A stretch of DNA of 64,000 bases from Anaerolineales bacterium (GCA_016928575.1 JAFGKK010000012.1:7245-71244); one strand, 5' to 3'; positions 9,630 through 18,223 are shown, numbered from the stretch's first letter. Translations and numbers: made by a program. Notes: a model not told the origin generated them from the letters alone.

Positions 9630-10975
9630 CCGGCCGCCTCGATTCGATTGCGGCGGATCACCCCGGCATACCAATCGAAGGAGGATTTGGGAGTGCGCTT
9701 GAGCGTCCCGAAATCCACGCGGATCAATCCGAAGCGCATCGCATACCCCAGATCCCATTCGTAGTTGTCGGTCAGCGACCAGACGAAGTACCCCTTCACC
9801 GGAATGCGCTTGGCGATGGTTCCGTGCAGCTCCTGCAGATGGCGCCGCAGATAGGTGATGCGCCGCGGATCGTCGACCGCGCCCGACGGATCCGGCACAT
9901 CCGCCGTCGGAATCCCGTTTTCGGTCACCAGGATCATCTTCGGCCGGTATTCGTTCCACACCCGTTCGAGCGTCTCGCTTAACCCGGGCGGATAAATTTC
10001 CCACATCGGGGAGAACTCGCCCGTTTCCGGCCGCACCATCTTTCCGCCCATGAAAGGGATCCACCAGCGGGCGGAGACGACGTGGCGGGTGTAAAAATTC
10101 ACACCCAGGAAGTCCAGCGGTTCGGAGATTCCGGCCAGATCGCCGGGACGGATGGGCGGGGCAAACAGCCCGAACCGGCGCCACAAATCCTCGGGATAGG
10201 AGCCGCGCAGGATCGGATCCAGGCAGATGCGGTTCGACAGCGCGTCGAAGGCCGCGGCCGCTTTGCGGTCGGGTTCCGTTTGCCGAAGGGGATGAACCGG
10301 GGAAAGATTGAGCGCGATTCCGACCCGCGGCGTACGCGGCGCCGCGGCGCGCACGGCGCGCACCGCCTCGCCGTTCGCCATCAGCACGGAATGCATCGCG
10401 CGGGCGAAGGCTCCCGGGTGGCGCCTTCCCGGCGCGTGATTTCCCAGCAGATACCCCATCATGGCGATCACCATCGGTTCGTTGATCGTGATCCACCAGG
10501 TCGCCCGGTCGCCCAGGCGCGCCGCCACGGATGACGCGAACTCTCCGAAGGCCGAAGCCGTTTCACGCGAAGGCCAGCCCCCCTTCTTATGCAACGCGAG
10601 CGGCAGGTCGAAATGGTGGAGCGTGGGGAAGGGCTCGATTCCCCGTTCCAGCAGTCCGTCGACCAGGCGGTCGTAGAAATCCAATCCCTTCGGGTTGATT
10701 TTTCCCCGGCCTTCGGGGATCACGCGCGACCAGGAGACCGAGAAACGGTATGCGCCGACGCCCAGCGCCTTGAGCAGATCGAGGTCTTCCCGCCAACGGT
10801 GGTAGTGATCGCAGGCGACGTCCCCGGTTTCGCCGCGAGCCGTCTTCCCGGGGAGGTGCGAGTACCAGTCCCAAATCGAAGGCCCCTTGCCGTCCTCGTT
10901 CCAGGCGCCTTCGATCTGGTAGGCGGAGGAGGATACGCCCCAGAGGAAACCGTCGGGGAAGATCAGGTCCGGCAT
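9626..10975 (-). CDS. GH1 beta-glucosidase
   Basis: FLWGVSSSAYQIEGA, TINEP (acid/base Glu) and VTENG (nucleophile Glu) motifs. 449 aa. Confidence 0.95.
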   Translation of the reverse strand: MPDLIFPDGFLWGVSSSAYQIEGAWNEDGKGPSIWDWYSHLPGKTARGETGDVACDHYHRWREDLDLLKALGVGAYRFSVSWSRVIPEGRGKINPKGLDFYDRLVDGLLERGIEPFPTLHHFDLPLALHKKGGWPSRETASAFGEFASSVAARLGDRATWWITINEPMVIAMMGYLLGNHAPGRRHPGAFARAMHSVLMANGEAVRAVRAAAPRTPRVGIALNLSPVHPLRQTEPDRKAAAAFDALSNRICLDPILRGSYPEDLWRRFGLFAPPIRPGDLAGISEPLDFLGVNFYTRHVVSARWWIPFMGGKMVRPETGEFSPMWEIYPPGLSETLERVWNEYRPKMILVTENGIPTADVPDPSGAVDDPRRITYLRRHLQELHGTIAKRIPVKGYFVWSLTDNYEWDLGYAMRFGLIRVDFGTLKRTPKSSFDWYAGVIRRNRIEAAG

Positions 10976-11035
10976 TTGCCTCCACCTTTGGACCTGTCAG
11001 GTCTTGACAACCTGTTGGTCCCGGGAATCAGGAGC

Positions 11036-11215
11036 CTACGCCGTTTCCACCACTTGGGCGCCGGTGGCGTTCTGGCGGACGGATTCGATCCCCTCCAAAC
11101 AGGCTTGTTTGCTTGAGTATCCCTCGCCCGAATCGGCGATCGATCTGCCGTTGGGTGCGACGAGCCGCCAGCGGTATTGCCCCTCCTTGTCTTTGTAAAC
11201 CTCGAATTTGTACAT
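11036..11215 (-). CDS. DUF1508 (YegP-like) small protein, 59 aa; not in the ORF track
   Basis: My translation: MYKFEVYKDKEGQYRWRLVAPNGRSIADSGEGYSSKQACLEGIESVRQNATGAQVVETA. AAGGAG lies 6 nt upstream of the ATG. Matches the YegP repeat pattern (F..yrfrL.a.NG..i..Se.Y.sk....GI.sV). Confidence 0.75.
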   Translation of the reverse strand: MYKFEVYKDKEGQYRWRLVAPNGRSIADSGEGYSSKQACLEGIESVRQNATGAQVVETA

Positions 11216-11289
11216 GTGAGTCTCCTTGAAAAAGTGATGGGGATCATTTTTCTTGCGGCGCCGCCCTCATCCATTCCTTTTCCCTGCTT

Positions 11290-11311
11290 ACGCTGGGAGA
11301 AGGTGGCCGAA
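11290..11311. repeat. Second copy of the 22-nt REP core acgctgggagaaggtggccgaa
   Basis: Identical to 1880-1901; intergenic. Confidence 0.6.
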
Positions 11312-11359
11312 CCTGTCCCGGAGCGGAGTGACGGTAGGCCGGATGAGGGGGGGAATGGC

Positions 11360-12775
11360 TTATGTATTCTTAAATCCCATCTTGCGCTTGATGCTTTCGG
11401 CCTCCTCGTGCGTCGGTGTGGGCAGGGTGGTCGTCTCGGTGACCCCGAGGGCCTTCTCCTGCGCCCGCCGCCAGCGCTCCAGCCGCTCCCGCACCTGGGC
11501 TTCGTACCCGATGCCGGTGGGTTTGTAGAAGTAGGTTCCCTGCAACGCTTTCGGCAGGTATTGCTGGCCGACGTGGTGGCCTTCCATCTGGTGCGGGTAC
11601 ACGTACCCCGCGCCGTGCCCCAACCCTTTCGCGTCGCGGTTGGAATCCTTCAGATGGTCCGGAACCTCCGTCACGCCCCGCGCCTCGACCGTTTCATAGG
11701 CTTGAAAGTAGGCCAGCGCGCTGTTGGATTTCGGCGCCGTCGAAAGGTACAGCGCCGCTTCGACTATCGGGTAGATTCCCTCCGGCAGGCCGACGTAATC
11801 GAAGGCCTGCGCCGCCGCATTGGCGACCACCAACGCGTTCGGATCCGCCAAGCCGATATCCTCCCCGGCCAGGATCAGCATCCGGCGCAGGATGAAGCGC
11901 GGATCCTCGCCCGAGTAAAGCATGCGCGCCATCCAGTAGAGGGCCGCGTCCGGATCGGAGCCGCGCAGGGATTTAATGAACGCGCTGATCGTGTCGTAGT
12001 GCGCGTCGCCGTCGCGGTCGTAAAGCAGCGCCCGGCGCTGGATCGATTCCTGCGCCACGGCGAGGTCGATCCGCACGGCGCCGTCCGGCCCCGGGGCGGT
12101 GGATTCGACTGCCAGTTCGAGCGCGTTGAGCGCGTTGCGCGCGTCGCCGCCGGACACGTCCACCAAGTGGGTTCCCGCCTCCTCCGCCAGCACCACCGGC
12201 CGGCCGCCGTAGCCGCGCTCGGGGTCTTCGAGCGCGCGCCGGATCAGGCGCCGCACGTCGTCCTGCGCCAGCGGCCGCAATTGGAAGATGCGCGAGCGCG
12301 ACACCAGCGCCCCGATCACCTCGAAGTAGGGATTTTCAGTCGTCGCGCCAACGAGCACCACCGTGCCGTTTTCCACGTGCGGCAGCAGCGCGTCCTGCTG
12401 GGCCTTGTTCCAGCGGTGGACTTCGTCTACAAAGAGGATCGTGCGCACGTTGTGGAGCTTGCGGCGCTCCTGCGCCTGGGCGATCACCCGCCGCAGTTCG
12501 GCCACGCCCGCCAGCACGGCGCTCAGTGTTTCGAAGTGGGATTTGGTCGAATTGGCGATGATCTGGGCGAGGGTCGTTTTGCCGCTGCCGGGCGGCCCCC
12601 AAAGCAGGATCGACGAGAACAGCCGGTCGGCTTCGATCGCGCGGCGGAGGAGTTTTCCGGGGCCGATGATTTCTTCCTGCCCGACGAACTCGTCGATCGT
12701 GCGCGGACGCATCCGGGCCGCCAGCGGCGCCTCGCGTTTCATCCGCTCCTTCAGCGCGTGATCGAAAAGGTCCAT
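11360..12775 (-). CDS. rarA: Replication-associated recombination protein A (AAA+ ATPase)
   Basis: GPPGSGKTT Walker A, FVDEVHR Walker B, MgsA C-terminal domain. Start at the ATG at 12775 (MDLFDH...). Confidence 0.9.
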   Translation of the reverse strand: MDLFDHALKERMKREAPLAARMRPRTIDEFVGQEEIIGPGKLLRRAIEADRLFSSILLWGPPGSGKTTLAQIIANSTKSHFETLSAVLAGVAELRRVIAQAQERRKLHNVRTILFVDEVHRWNKAQQDALLPHVENGTVVLVGATTENPYFEVIGALVSRSRIFQLRPLAQDDVRRLIRRALEDPERGYGGRPVVLAEEAGTHLVDVSGGDARNALNALELAVESTAPGPDGAVRIDLAVAQESIQRRALLYDRDGDAHYDTISAFIKSLRGSDPDAALYWMARMLYSGEDPRFILRRMLILAGEDIGLADPNALVVANAAAQAFDYVGLPEGIYPIVEAALYLSTAPKSNSALAYFQAYETVEARGVTEVPDHLKDSNRDAKGLGHGAGYVYPHQMEGHHVGQQYLPKALQGTYFYKPTGIGYEAQVRERLERWRRAQEKALGVTETTTLPTPTHEEAESIKRKMGFKNT

Positions 12776-12782
12776 GGGGGAA

Positions 12783-12788
12783 AGTATA
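12783..12788 (-). promoter_or_regulatory. -10 box TATACT 7 nt upstream of the rarA ATG (leaderless-type promoter)
   Basis: Minus-strand reading is ctgcTATACTttcccccATG. No SD is possible in the 7-nt gap. Confidence 0.4.
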
Positions 12789-12841
12789 GCAGAAACCACG
12801 AAGGACACGAAAAAAACCTGAAGAACACGAAGGGTTTTACT

Positions 12842-12874
12842 CGTCATGCCGGCGTGCACGAAGCCGGCATCCAG
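12842..12874. repeat. 33-nt REP hairpin cgtcatgccggcgtgcacgaagccggcatccag
   Basis: 8-bp stem atgccggc/gccggcat. Paralogous to 12932-12964 and 3766-3796. Confidence 0.65.
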
Positions 12875-12931
12875 TGGCTCTATAACCGACAAGAGCAAAA
12901 AGCGTCAGGATTGGGCATTAGCGGAATAGGC

Positions 12932-12964
12932 CGTCATGCCCGCGTGTTCTTAGCGGGCATCCAG
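12932..12964. repeat. 33-nt REP hairpin cgtcatgcccgcgtgttcttagcgggcatccag
   Basis: 8-bp stem atgcccgc/gcgggcat. Relative to the 12842 copy, one stem pair is swapped G-C to C-G (compensatory change). Confidence 0.65.
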
Positions 12965-12999
12965 GGTTGAATTAATTACTATACTCATCGAAACGTAAT

Positions 13000-13857
13000 T
13001 TACTTTGCTTTAGCTCTTTGTTTTTTTCGTGTGTTATTCAAGGGTTTTGCTTTGATTTTGGATGACTCTTTGATGGAAAAAAGGCTGCGTATCTTTGCTT
13101 CTTCCTGACCCTCTTCCACAAGATATTCCTCGATTTTCTCATTGATATGGAATCCGGGAAACTCCTTTTGCACATACGTTTGTAATTGCCCCATGCGGCT
13201 CTGCTCGGTCATGAGGTCGAGAACTTGTTTCTTATATGTCGTATCCTCGTTTCCCGCGATATGCTCCCCCTTCGCCTCGAGAATGTATACGATATCCAGC
13301 TTACCGGACGTGTTTTTCTTGGCCGCGACGAAATCTGGAAAAAAGCGGTTTTCCCTCCAACCCTGAATGGAATACCACCCTCCCTTAACCCGGTTTTTAA
13401 ACCACCAGACAATGGTTTGTTGTCGATCCAGCAGTTCCCCGACGTGCCGTTCCAGCGAGTTCATGGAAGAAACGTCAACGTCGTTGAATAGATAATATTG
13501 ATAAGGATTTGCACCGCTGGAAACGATTTCATCCGCATCCGGTATCCGATAGCCGAGTTCCGGATCGTTTGAAACCGCAAGAACTAATTTTTTTTCTTTC
13601 ACATAGTCCAGAAAAATCCTCTCTTCTAGGTCGGCTTTTTCTTGGGCCAATCGATGGCAAAGGAAAGAAACGGAAAAACCAAAATGATCCGATAATTTCT
13701 TCTCCGGAATGGTTTTGGAAAGCTTCTCCAAGTGACTAGAAGCCAGAGTCCGCGCCCGAAACGCATTGGGGATGATGTCCGCATAACGCCGGGTTAAATA
13801 ATCCAAATCGATACCCTGGATTTTTCCGGATTTCCCCGCGCCGCGGCGGAGAAGCAT
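13000..13857 (-). CDS. PD-(D/E)xK nuclease-like protein; probable 3' remnant of a Res/SF2-helicase-type restriction gene
   Basis: WWFKNR...YSIQGW...FFPDFVAAKK...IVYILEAKGEH matches the (P)D...(D/E)xK pattern seen at the C-termini of type III Res-like helicase-nucleases. No helicase motifs are present. Visibly AT-rich. The ATG abuts a terminator hairpin with no RBS. Confidence 0.45.
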   Translation of the reverse strand: MLLRRGAGKSGKIQGIDLDYLTRRYADIIPNAFRARTLASSHLEKLSKTIPEKKLSDHFGFSVSFLCHRLAQEKADLEERIFLDYVKEKKLVLAVSNDPELGYRIPDADEIVSSGANPYQYYLFNDVDVSSMNSLERHVGELLDRQQTIVWWFKNRVKGGWYSIQGWRENRFFPDFVAAKKNTSGKLDIVYILEAKGEHIAGNEDTTYKKQVLDLMTEQSRMGQLQTYVQKEFPGFHINEKIEEYLVEEGQEEAKIRSLFSIKESSKIKAKPLNNTRKKQRAKAK

Positions 13858-13890
13858 AAAAGGGCTTCCGGAAAAACCGGAAGCCCTTTT
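13858..13890 (-). terminator. Rho-independent terminator (bidirectional-looking) downstream of the glutaredoxin-like gene
   Basis: aaaagggcttccgg-aaaaa-ccggaagccctttt: 14-bp stem and 5-nt loop, with T-runs on both strands. Confidence 0.7.
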
Positions 13891-13991
13891 CCCGAACCCG
13901 ACGATAAGGGGAAGCGGTGGTTTTCATCGAGTATTGGAATGGGTTAAGTCCGCCCTCTTCCCCATAATCCCGATTTGCGGATACCGGCGCC

Positions 13992-14264
13992 TCAACCGAT
14001 CCCCAGCAGTTCCGCCACCCGTTCCTTTTCCCAATCCACCACGATCTGGCCGCCGATGTCGAAGGTCGGAGTGGTCTCGTTGCCGTCCGCCCAGCCGCGG
14101 ACGCGCGCCGCGGCCTGCGAATCGCGGTGGATGTCGATCTCGGTGTACGCAATGCCGTGTTCCTTGAGGAAATTCCGCGCCGCGCGGCAGCTCGGGCACC
14201 ACTGCGTGCAATAAAGAATCACTTCCGCCTTCGGATCGGACGAACCGGTTTCACTTTTTGGCAT
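13992..14264 (-). CDS. Glutaredoxin-like (NrdH/mycoredoxin-type) thiol-disulfide protein
   Basis: 90 aa. CPSC active site after beta1 (ILYCTQWCPSC) and a TTPTF cis-Pro region. Confidence 0.8.
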   Translation of the reverse strand: MPKSETGSSDPKAEVILYCTQWCPSCRAARNFLKEHGIAYTEIDIHRDSQAAARVRGWADGNETTPTFDIGGQIVVDWEKERVAELLGIG

Positions 14265-14300
14265 GATTTTTCTCTCGGTCTTCTGAAAACCTTTTTTACC

Positions 14301-14349
14301 GCAGAGACGCAGAGGCCGCAGGGACAGTGTTCTCCTCTGCGTTCTCTGC
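14301..14349. repeat. REP-like imperfect hairpin (gcagagacgcagagg ... cctctgcgttctctgc)
   Basis: The arms are reverse complements except for one extra t. Lies between larC and the grx-like gene. Confidence 0.5.
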
Positions 14350-14367
14350 GCCTCTGCGATGAAACGT

Positions 14368-15543
14368 CTATTTCTTCATCGCCCGGGCCGCGGCCAGCGC
14401 CGCCTGCCACACTTCCTTGAGCGGGACGTTCTTTTCCTCCGCCAGCCGCAGACAATCCCGGTATTCCGGTGCCGCGTTCATCACCCGTCCTTCCCACTTG
14501 GCGTTTTTCACCCGCACCGTACCATAGGGCGTCTCGACCGTCTTTTCCTCGCGGTCGAGCTTGCGCCGCTCGACCGGATGGATCCGCACGCCGATGGTCG
14601 TGGTCTCCGCAAACAGGATCCCGAGCACCGGATCCAACCGGGTTTCCTCCACCAGCATTCCGAGCATCACCGCCGGCCGGTTGCGCTTCATGTGGATCGG
14701 GGTGAGGTACACGTCGAGCGCCCCCGCCGCAAACAGCCGTTCGGTGACGTGCTCGTACCACTGGGGATTCATGTCGTCGATGTTGGCTTCCACGACCAAT
14801 TCCCGCGCGGCGGACGGCTCCCGATCCGCGACCGCGCCGATCGTCACGCGCAACAGGTTGGCCCACGGCAGGTCGCGGGTTCCGGCGCCGTATCCCACCC
14901 GTTCGACCCGCATCGGCGGCGCCGCGCCAAACTCCGCCGCAAGCCCCGCCAAGAGCGCCGCGCCGGTCGGGGTGACCAATTCGGCCTCTACGTCCCGACC
15001 GTAGACCGGAACCCCCCGCAGAAGTTCGGCCGTCGCCGGAGCGGGGACAGGCAGCAGCCCGTGCGCGGATTGCACGGTTCCGGCGCCGATGTGCAGCGGC
15101 GACGCGTACACGTTCTCAACCCCCAGAATCTCCAGGCAGATCGCGGTCCCGACGATGTCGACGATCGCGTCCACCGCGCCGACCTCGTGAAAATGGATTT
15201 TCTCCACCGCTTCGCCGTGGACCCGCGATTCCGCTTCCGCCAGCCTGCGAAAGACCGCCAGACTCCGTTCCCGGATCCGTGCCGTAAAGCCGCCGCGGAG
15301 GATGATCTCCTCGATGTCCCGCAGATGGCGGTGGGGCTGCTTCTCCTCCACCGGAACGTCGACGAAGAGACCGCGCAGGCCGGACTTTTCCGCCTCGCGG
15401 ACCTCCAGCCGGTACCCGCCCAGGTTCAATTTATGCAATTCAGCCTTAAGCGAATCCGGCGCGACGCCGCAATCCATCAGCGCGCCGAGCGCCATGTTGC
15501 CGCTGATGCCGGAATAACAATCGAAGTAGGCGATTGTCTTCAT
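14368..15543 (-). CDS. larC: Nickel-pincer cofactor biosynthesis protein LarC (nickel insertion, DUF111)
   Basis: 391 aa from the ATG at 15543. N-terminus YFDCYSGISGNM, HFHEVGAVD, and C-terminal TTTIGVR...ETPYG...KNA are typical of single-polypeptide LarC. Confidence 0.9.
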   Translation of the reverse strand: MKTIAYFDCYSGISGNMALGALMDCGVAPDSLKAELHKLNLGGYRLEVREAEKSGLRGLFVDVPVEEKQPHRHLRDIEEIILRGGFTARIRERSLAVFRRLAEAESRVHGEAVEKIHFHEVGAVDAIVDIVGTAICLEILGVENVYASPLHIGAGTVQSAHGLLPVPAPATAELLRGVPVYGRDVEAELVTPTGAALLAGLAAEFGAAPPMRVERVGYGAGTRDLPWANLLRVTIGAVADREPSAARELVVEANIDDMNPQWYEHVTERLFAAGALDVYLTPIHMKRNRPAVMLGMLVEETRLDPVLGILFAETTTIGVRIHPVERRKLDREEKTVETPYGTVRVKNAKWEGRVMNAAPEYRDCLRLAEEKNVPLKEVWQAALAAARAMKK

Positions 15544-15605
15544 ATTTCTGCGTTCCTTTATGATGCGGAAGCTACCCGGGCGGCCGACAAACAGCCCCGC
15601 CGTGA

Positions 15606-16034
15606 TTAATCCGCCAGAATCAGAACCCGCTGTTTGGTTTTGTCCATCACCAACACCACCTCGATCAGCACCCATTCGCCCGCGCGCTTGCGGGCCGTGA
15701 TGTACACCACGCCGGACCCCTTCGGTCCGGAGACGGGAACCGAGAGTTCCGCGGTTCCGGTGGCGCCCGTCTCGGAGACTTCGCCGCTGACGAACCATCC
15801 CGCTTCGATGGGCTCGCCCAAGAGCTCTTGCGCCCGGGTGTTTTCTTGAACCAAGGCCAAGCCTTCCTGATACGCGGGATGGGATTTCATCAGCCCGAAG
15901 ACGCCGAAGAAGCCCGCCGTTCCGCAGCCCACGCACGACAGCGCCAAAACCAGCACCACGGCCAGCACGCTGACCGGGATCAACCAGATGACGTTCCGGG
16001 AAAGCCAGCCTTTTTTCGGGGTTGTGGTTTCCAT
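15606..16034 (-). CDS. Membrane-anchored Coa1-like (cytochrome oxidase assembly protein 1 family) protein
   Basis: One N-terminal TM helix, then HPAYQEGL...LGEPIEAGW...LSVPVSGPKGSG...ARKRAGEW, which resembles the bacterial Coa1/PF08695-type pattern. Confidence 0.6.
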   Translation of the reverse strand: METTTPKKGWLSRNVIWLIPVSVLAVVLVLALSCVGCGTAGFFGVFGLMKSHPAYQEGLALVQENTRAQELLGEPIEAGWFVSGEVSETGATGTAELSVPVSGPKGSGVVYITARKRAGEWVLIEVVLVMDKTKQRVLILAD

Positions 16035-16092
16035 TCTTGCCTCCCTTTTTTGGTATTCGTTCGATACCGAATGCCGGGGATGTCTCGAAGGA

Positions 16093-16413
16093 TCACCTTG
16101 AAAGCATCCGCACCAACGCCGGAATGAGGAAAAGGCCCGCCAGGCAGGCCGCGGCCACCGCGGCTAAAACCAGATTGGCGTAGCCGAGCAACAGACCGGC
16201 CACCGCCAGTCCATCACCCCTCAGCCGCCCCGCCGATCGCGCAATCCGTGTCCTCGCCATATGTCCCAAGAGGACCGCCGGGACAGCGAAGAAAACCGGA
16301 GCCGCAACCCAACTCAGGATGCCGAACACCAGGCTGGTCCAGGCCAGAGAGCTTTCCTTTTCCAGCGGTTCTTCCGGCGGAAGATACGACCGCCCTTCCA
16401 GCGACTCGCTCAC
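16093..16413 (-). CDS. DUF4190-like small membrane protein
   Basis: Two hydrophobic helices with GILSW...LLGH and GLLLGYANL patterns. GTG start with GAGGAG upstream. Confidence 0.6.
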   Translation of the reverse strand: MSESLEGRSYLPPEEPLEKESSLAWTSLVFGILSWVAAPVFFAVPAVLLGHMARTRIARSAGRLRGDGLAVAGLLLGYANLVLAAVAAACLAGLFLIPALVRMLSR

Positions 16414-16428
16414 GATCCAGCCTTCTCC

Positions 16429-17013
16429 TCAACCGGCTTCCCATTCGGCGCGGGTCACCGGATGGCAGTCCATCTGCAGCCATTCCCAAAAGGCGGCGCA
16501 ATCCCCGTTCAGGGTGTATTGTACTTTCTGAACGAAGCCGAATTGGAACACCGTGCTGTTCATCTGCGAGAGCAGCATCCGGCTTCCGGCGCTGGTCGAG
16601 GCGTTTGGAATCAGGGCCGGCCATCCGGCGACGTCCACGGTGAATTCTCCGTCCCCGGCGGATACCGCGACGACCGTTCCGGCCGTCTCGGCCGAAAACC
16701 AGGAGGTCATCCCCGCGGCCTGCTCGGCCCCGGTCGGCCCCTTGACCAGCTCCTTAAGCGTCGAATGCAGCAGGACGGCTTCGTTGGCCGACTCCGGCAC
16801 GCTCCGCTCCACCGGAACGGGCGTCATGTTCTCGTCGGCGGCCATTGTGTAATACACCCAAACGGCCGTCATCGCCGCGGTGGAAGTCGGCGTGGCGGCC
16901 GGCAGGCCGGTTTCGACCGGCGCGGCCGGCTGTCCGGGAGAGGGCGTGGCGGTTCTCGCGCACGCCAATCCGCCCGCGGCAAGGACCATAAGGATGAGAA
17001 CGCGACGCTTCAT
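16429..17013 (-). CDS. GerMN-domain lipoprotein
   Basis: Signal/lipobox MKRRVLILMVLAAGGLAC, then the VWVYY...LLHSTLKELVKGPT pattern of GerMN domains. GGGAGA SD before the ATG at 17013. Confidence 0.7.
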   Translation of the reverse strand: MKRRVLILMVLAAGGLACARTATPSPGQPAAPVETGLPAATPTSTAAMTAVWVYYTMAADENMTPVPVERSVPESANEAVLLHSTLKELVKGPTGAEQAAGMTSWFSAETAGTVVAVSAGDGEFTVDVAGWPALIPNASTSAGSRMLLSQMNSTVFQFGFVQKVQYTLNGDCAAFWEWLQMDCHPVTRAEWEAG

Positions 17014-17038
17014 GCCGGTCTCCCGGAAAACCACGGTG

Positions 17039-18223
17039 CTAAATCCACCCGAAAACGGCATAACTCAGATCAATATCGTCCCTATCATACGCCACGCCGG
17101 TGAAATACAACGATCCGTCGCCGTTGAAGACCGCGGATTCACCGGTCATCCAATACTCCGAATAGGCGCCGCTCAACACCGGGACGGGGTCGCCGAATCC
17201 TTCCTCCGCGGTCCCATGCAGGGTATGCATGCCGTTCTCGTCCCACAACGCAATCCATAGGATTCCCCGGTCGGATTCGCCGAGAAAGATATCCTCGTTA
17301 AAAAATGCGTACTTCCGGTCAAACGGAAGTTCCAGCCGGATCCACTCCGCAGACGGCGGATGGTGCAGGAGAATCAGCTTATTTAATTCCGTCCAGGCCA
17401 GGTACAGCGTGCCGTCCCGCCCCAGGAAGAATTTCGGCTCCCCTCCATGGCCGCGGAAAATTTCCGCCGGGGCGGACCACGTTTGGCCCCGATCCATGGA
17501 TTCCGAGATCATCATCGGGGCGGCGGAAACGGTGTCGTCGTCCATCCAGAATAACAAGTAATATGTCCCGGCTCCGTCGTGCGCCAGACGCACGCCGGAT
17601 ATATCCCCTATCCCGCGGAATACCGGCTTTCCGTTGAAGTGCAGGATACCATAAGATCCTTCCAGGGTGATGTAGGCCGTCACGATCCGGGGCGGATCCA
17701 GAAACAGCGAGAGGCTGTGATTTATCAAATCCGCATATCCGTCGACATTGGACGTCATCCAGCCGCCCCCCACCCTGCAGTTCAATCCGAGTACGGCGGT
17801 GTCCGCATCTTCGTAGTAGGTGAAGCAGGGGCGGCCCTGGTCGTCCATCAGAAAGAACGGATCAAAATTCAACTCCGAATTTTCGATCCGCTCCTCGGCG
17901 TCCCACGACCCGTCCGTCCGACGCCGCCGCAGCAGATAATCATACGAGCGGTAATCGCCGTCGCCGTACTCTTCCTGCCAGAACAGGTAGACGGTCCCTT
18001 CCCTGTCGACCAGCACCTGGGTGTATTGAATCAGCGCCCCGTCTTCCCGTGACAGCCGGACGAATTGCATTTCGCCCTCGCCCCATGGAAATGCCGGCGG
18101 TTCGTCCTGCGGTCCGAACGCCGGATCCTTCGGCGGCGTGCCAAGGAATGAGGTCCAACAGGCGATTCCGGCGGCGGCGCATACCGCCCCCATGAGCGCG
18201 GTTCTGCGGAAACGGAAACGCAT
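17039..18223 (-). CDS. Secreted BNR/Asp-box beta-propeller-like protein
   Basis: N-terminal signal, Asp-box SxDxGxTW (SMDRGQTW), and repeated aromatic-rich beta-strand segments. Confidence 0.55.
   Translation of the reverse strand: MRFRFRRTALMGAVCAAAGIACWTSFLGTPPKDPAFGPQDEPPAFPWGEGEMQFVRLSREDGALIQYTQVLVDREGTVYLFWQEEYGDGDYRSYDYLLRRRRTDGSWDAEERIENSELNFDPFFLMDDQGRPCFTYYEDADTAVLGLNCRVGGGWMTSNVDGYADLINHSLSLFLDPPRIVTAYITLEGSYGILHFNGKPVFRGIGDISGVRLAHDGAGTYYLLFWMDDDTVSAAPMMISESMDRGQTWSAPAEIFRGHGGEPKFFLGRDGTLYLAWTELNKLILLHHPPSAEWIRLELPFDRKYAFFNEDIFLGESDRGILWIALWDENGMHTLHGTAEEGFGDPVPVLSGAYSEYWMTGESAVFNGDGSLYFTGVAYDRDDIDLSYAVFGWI

Noticed and set aside
10963-11274. 103-aa minus-strand ORF from the track
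   Set aside because: The product is low-complexity and basic with no SD. It is replaced by the 59-aa DUF1508 ORF in another frame.
11177-12970. 597-aa + strand ORF
   Set aside because: It is antisense to rarA, which has Walker A/B motifs and an MgsA C-terminal domain. Its composition is that of a shadow ORF. The same reasoning applies to 3825-5510 (antisense to purB), 32009-33982 and 32376-33692 (out of frame with or antisense to murJ), 14359-15609 (antisense to larC), 41381-42817, 44244-45722, 58216-59640 and others.
13822-13842. P-loop-like GAGKSGK near the N-terminus of the low-GC ORF
   Set aside because: It does not satisfy GxxxxGK[ST], because Ile follows the Lys. It also lies in the GC-rich junction segment rather than in the conserved part of the protein. 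This is probably a chance occurrence.
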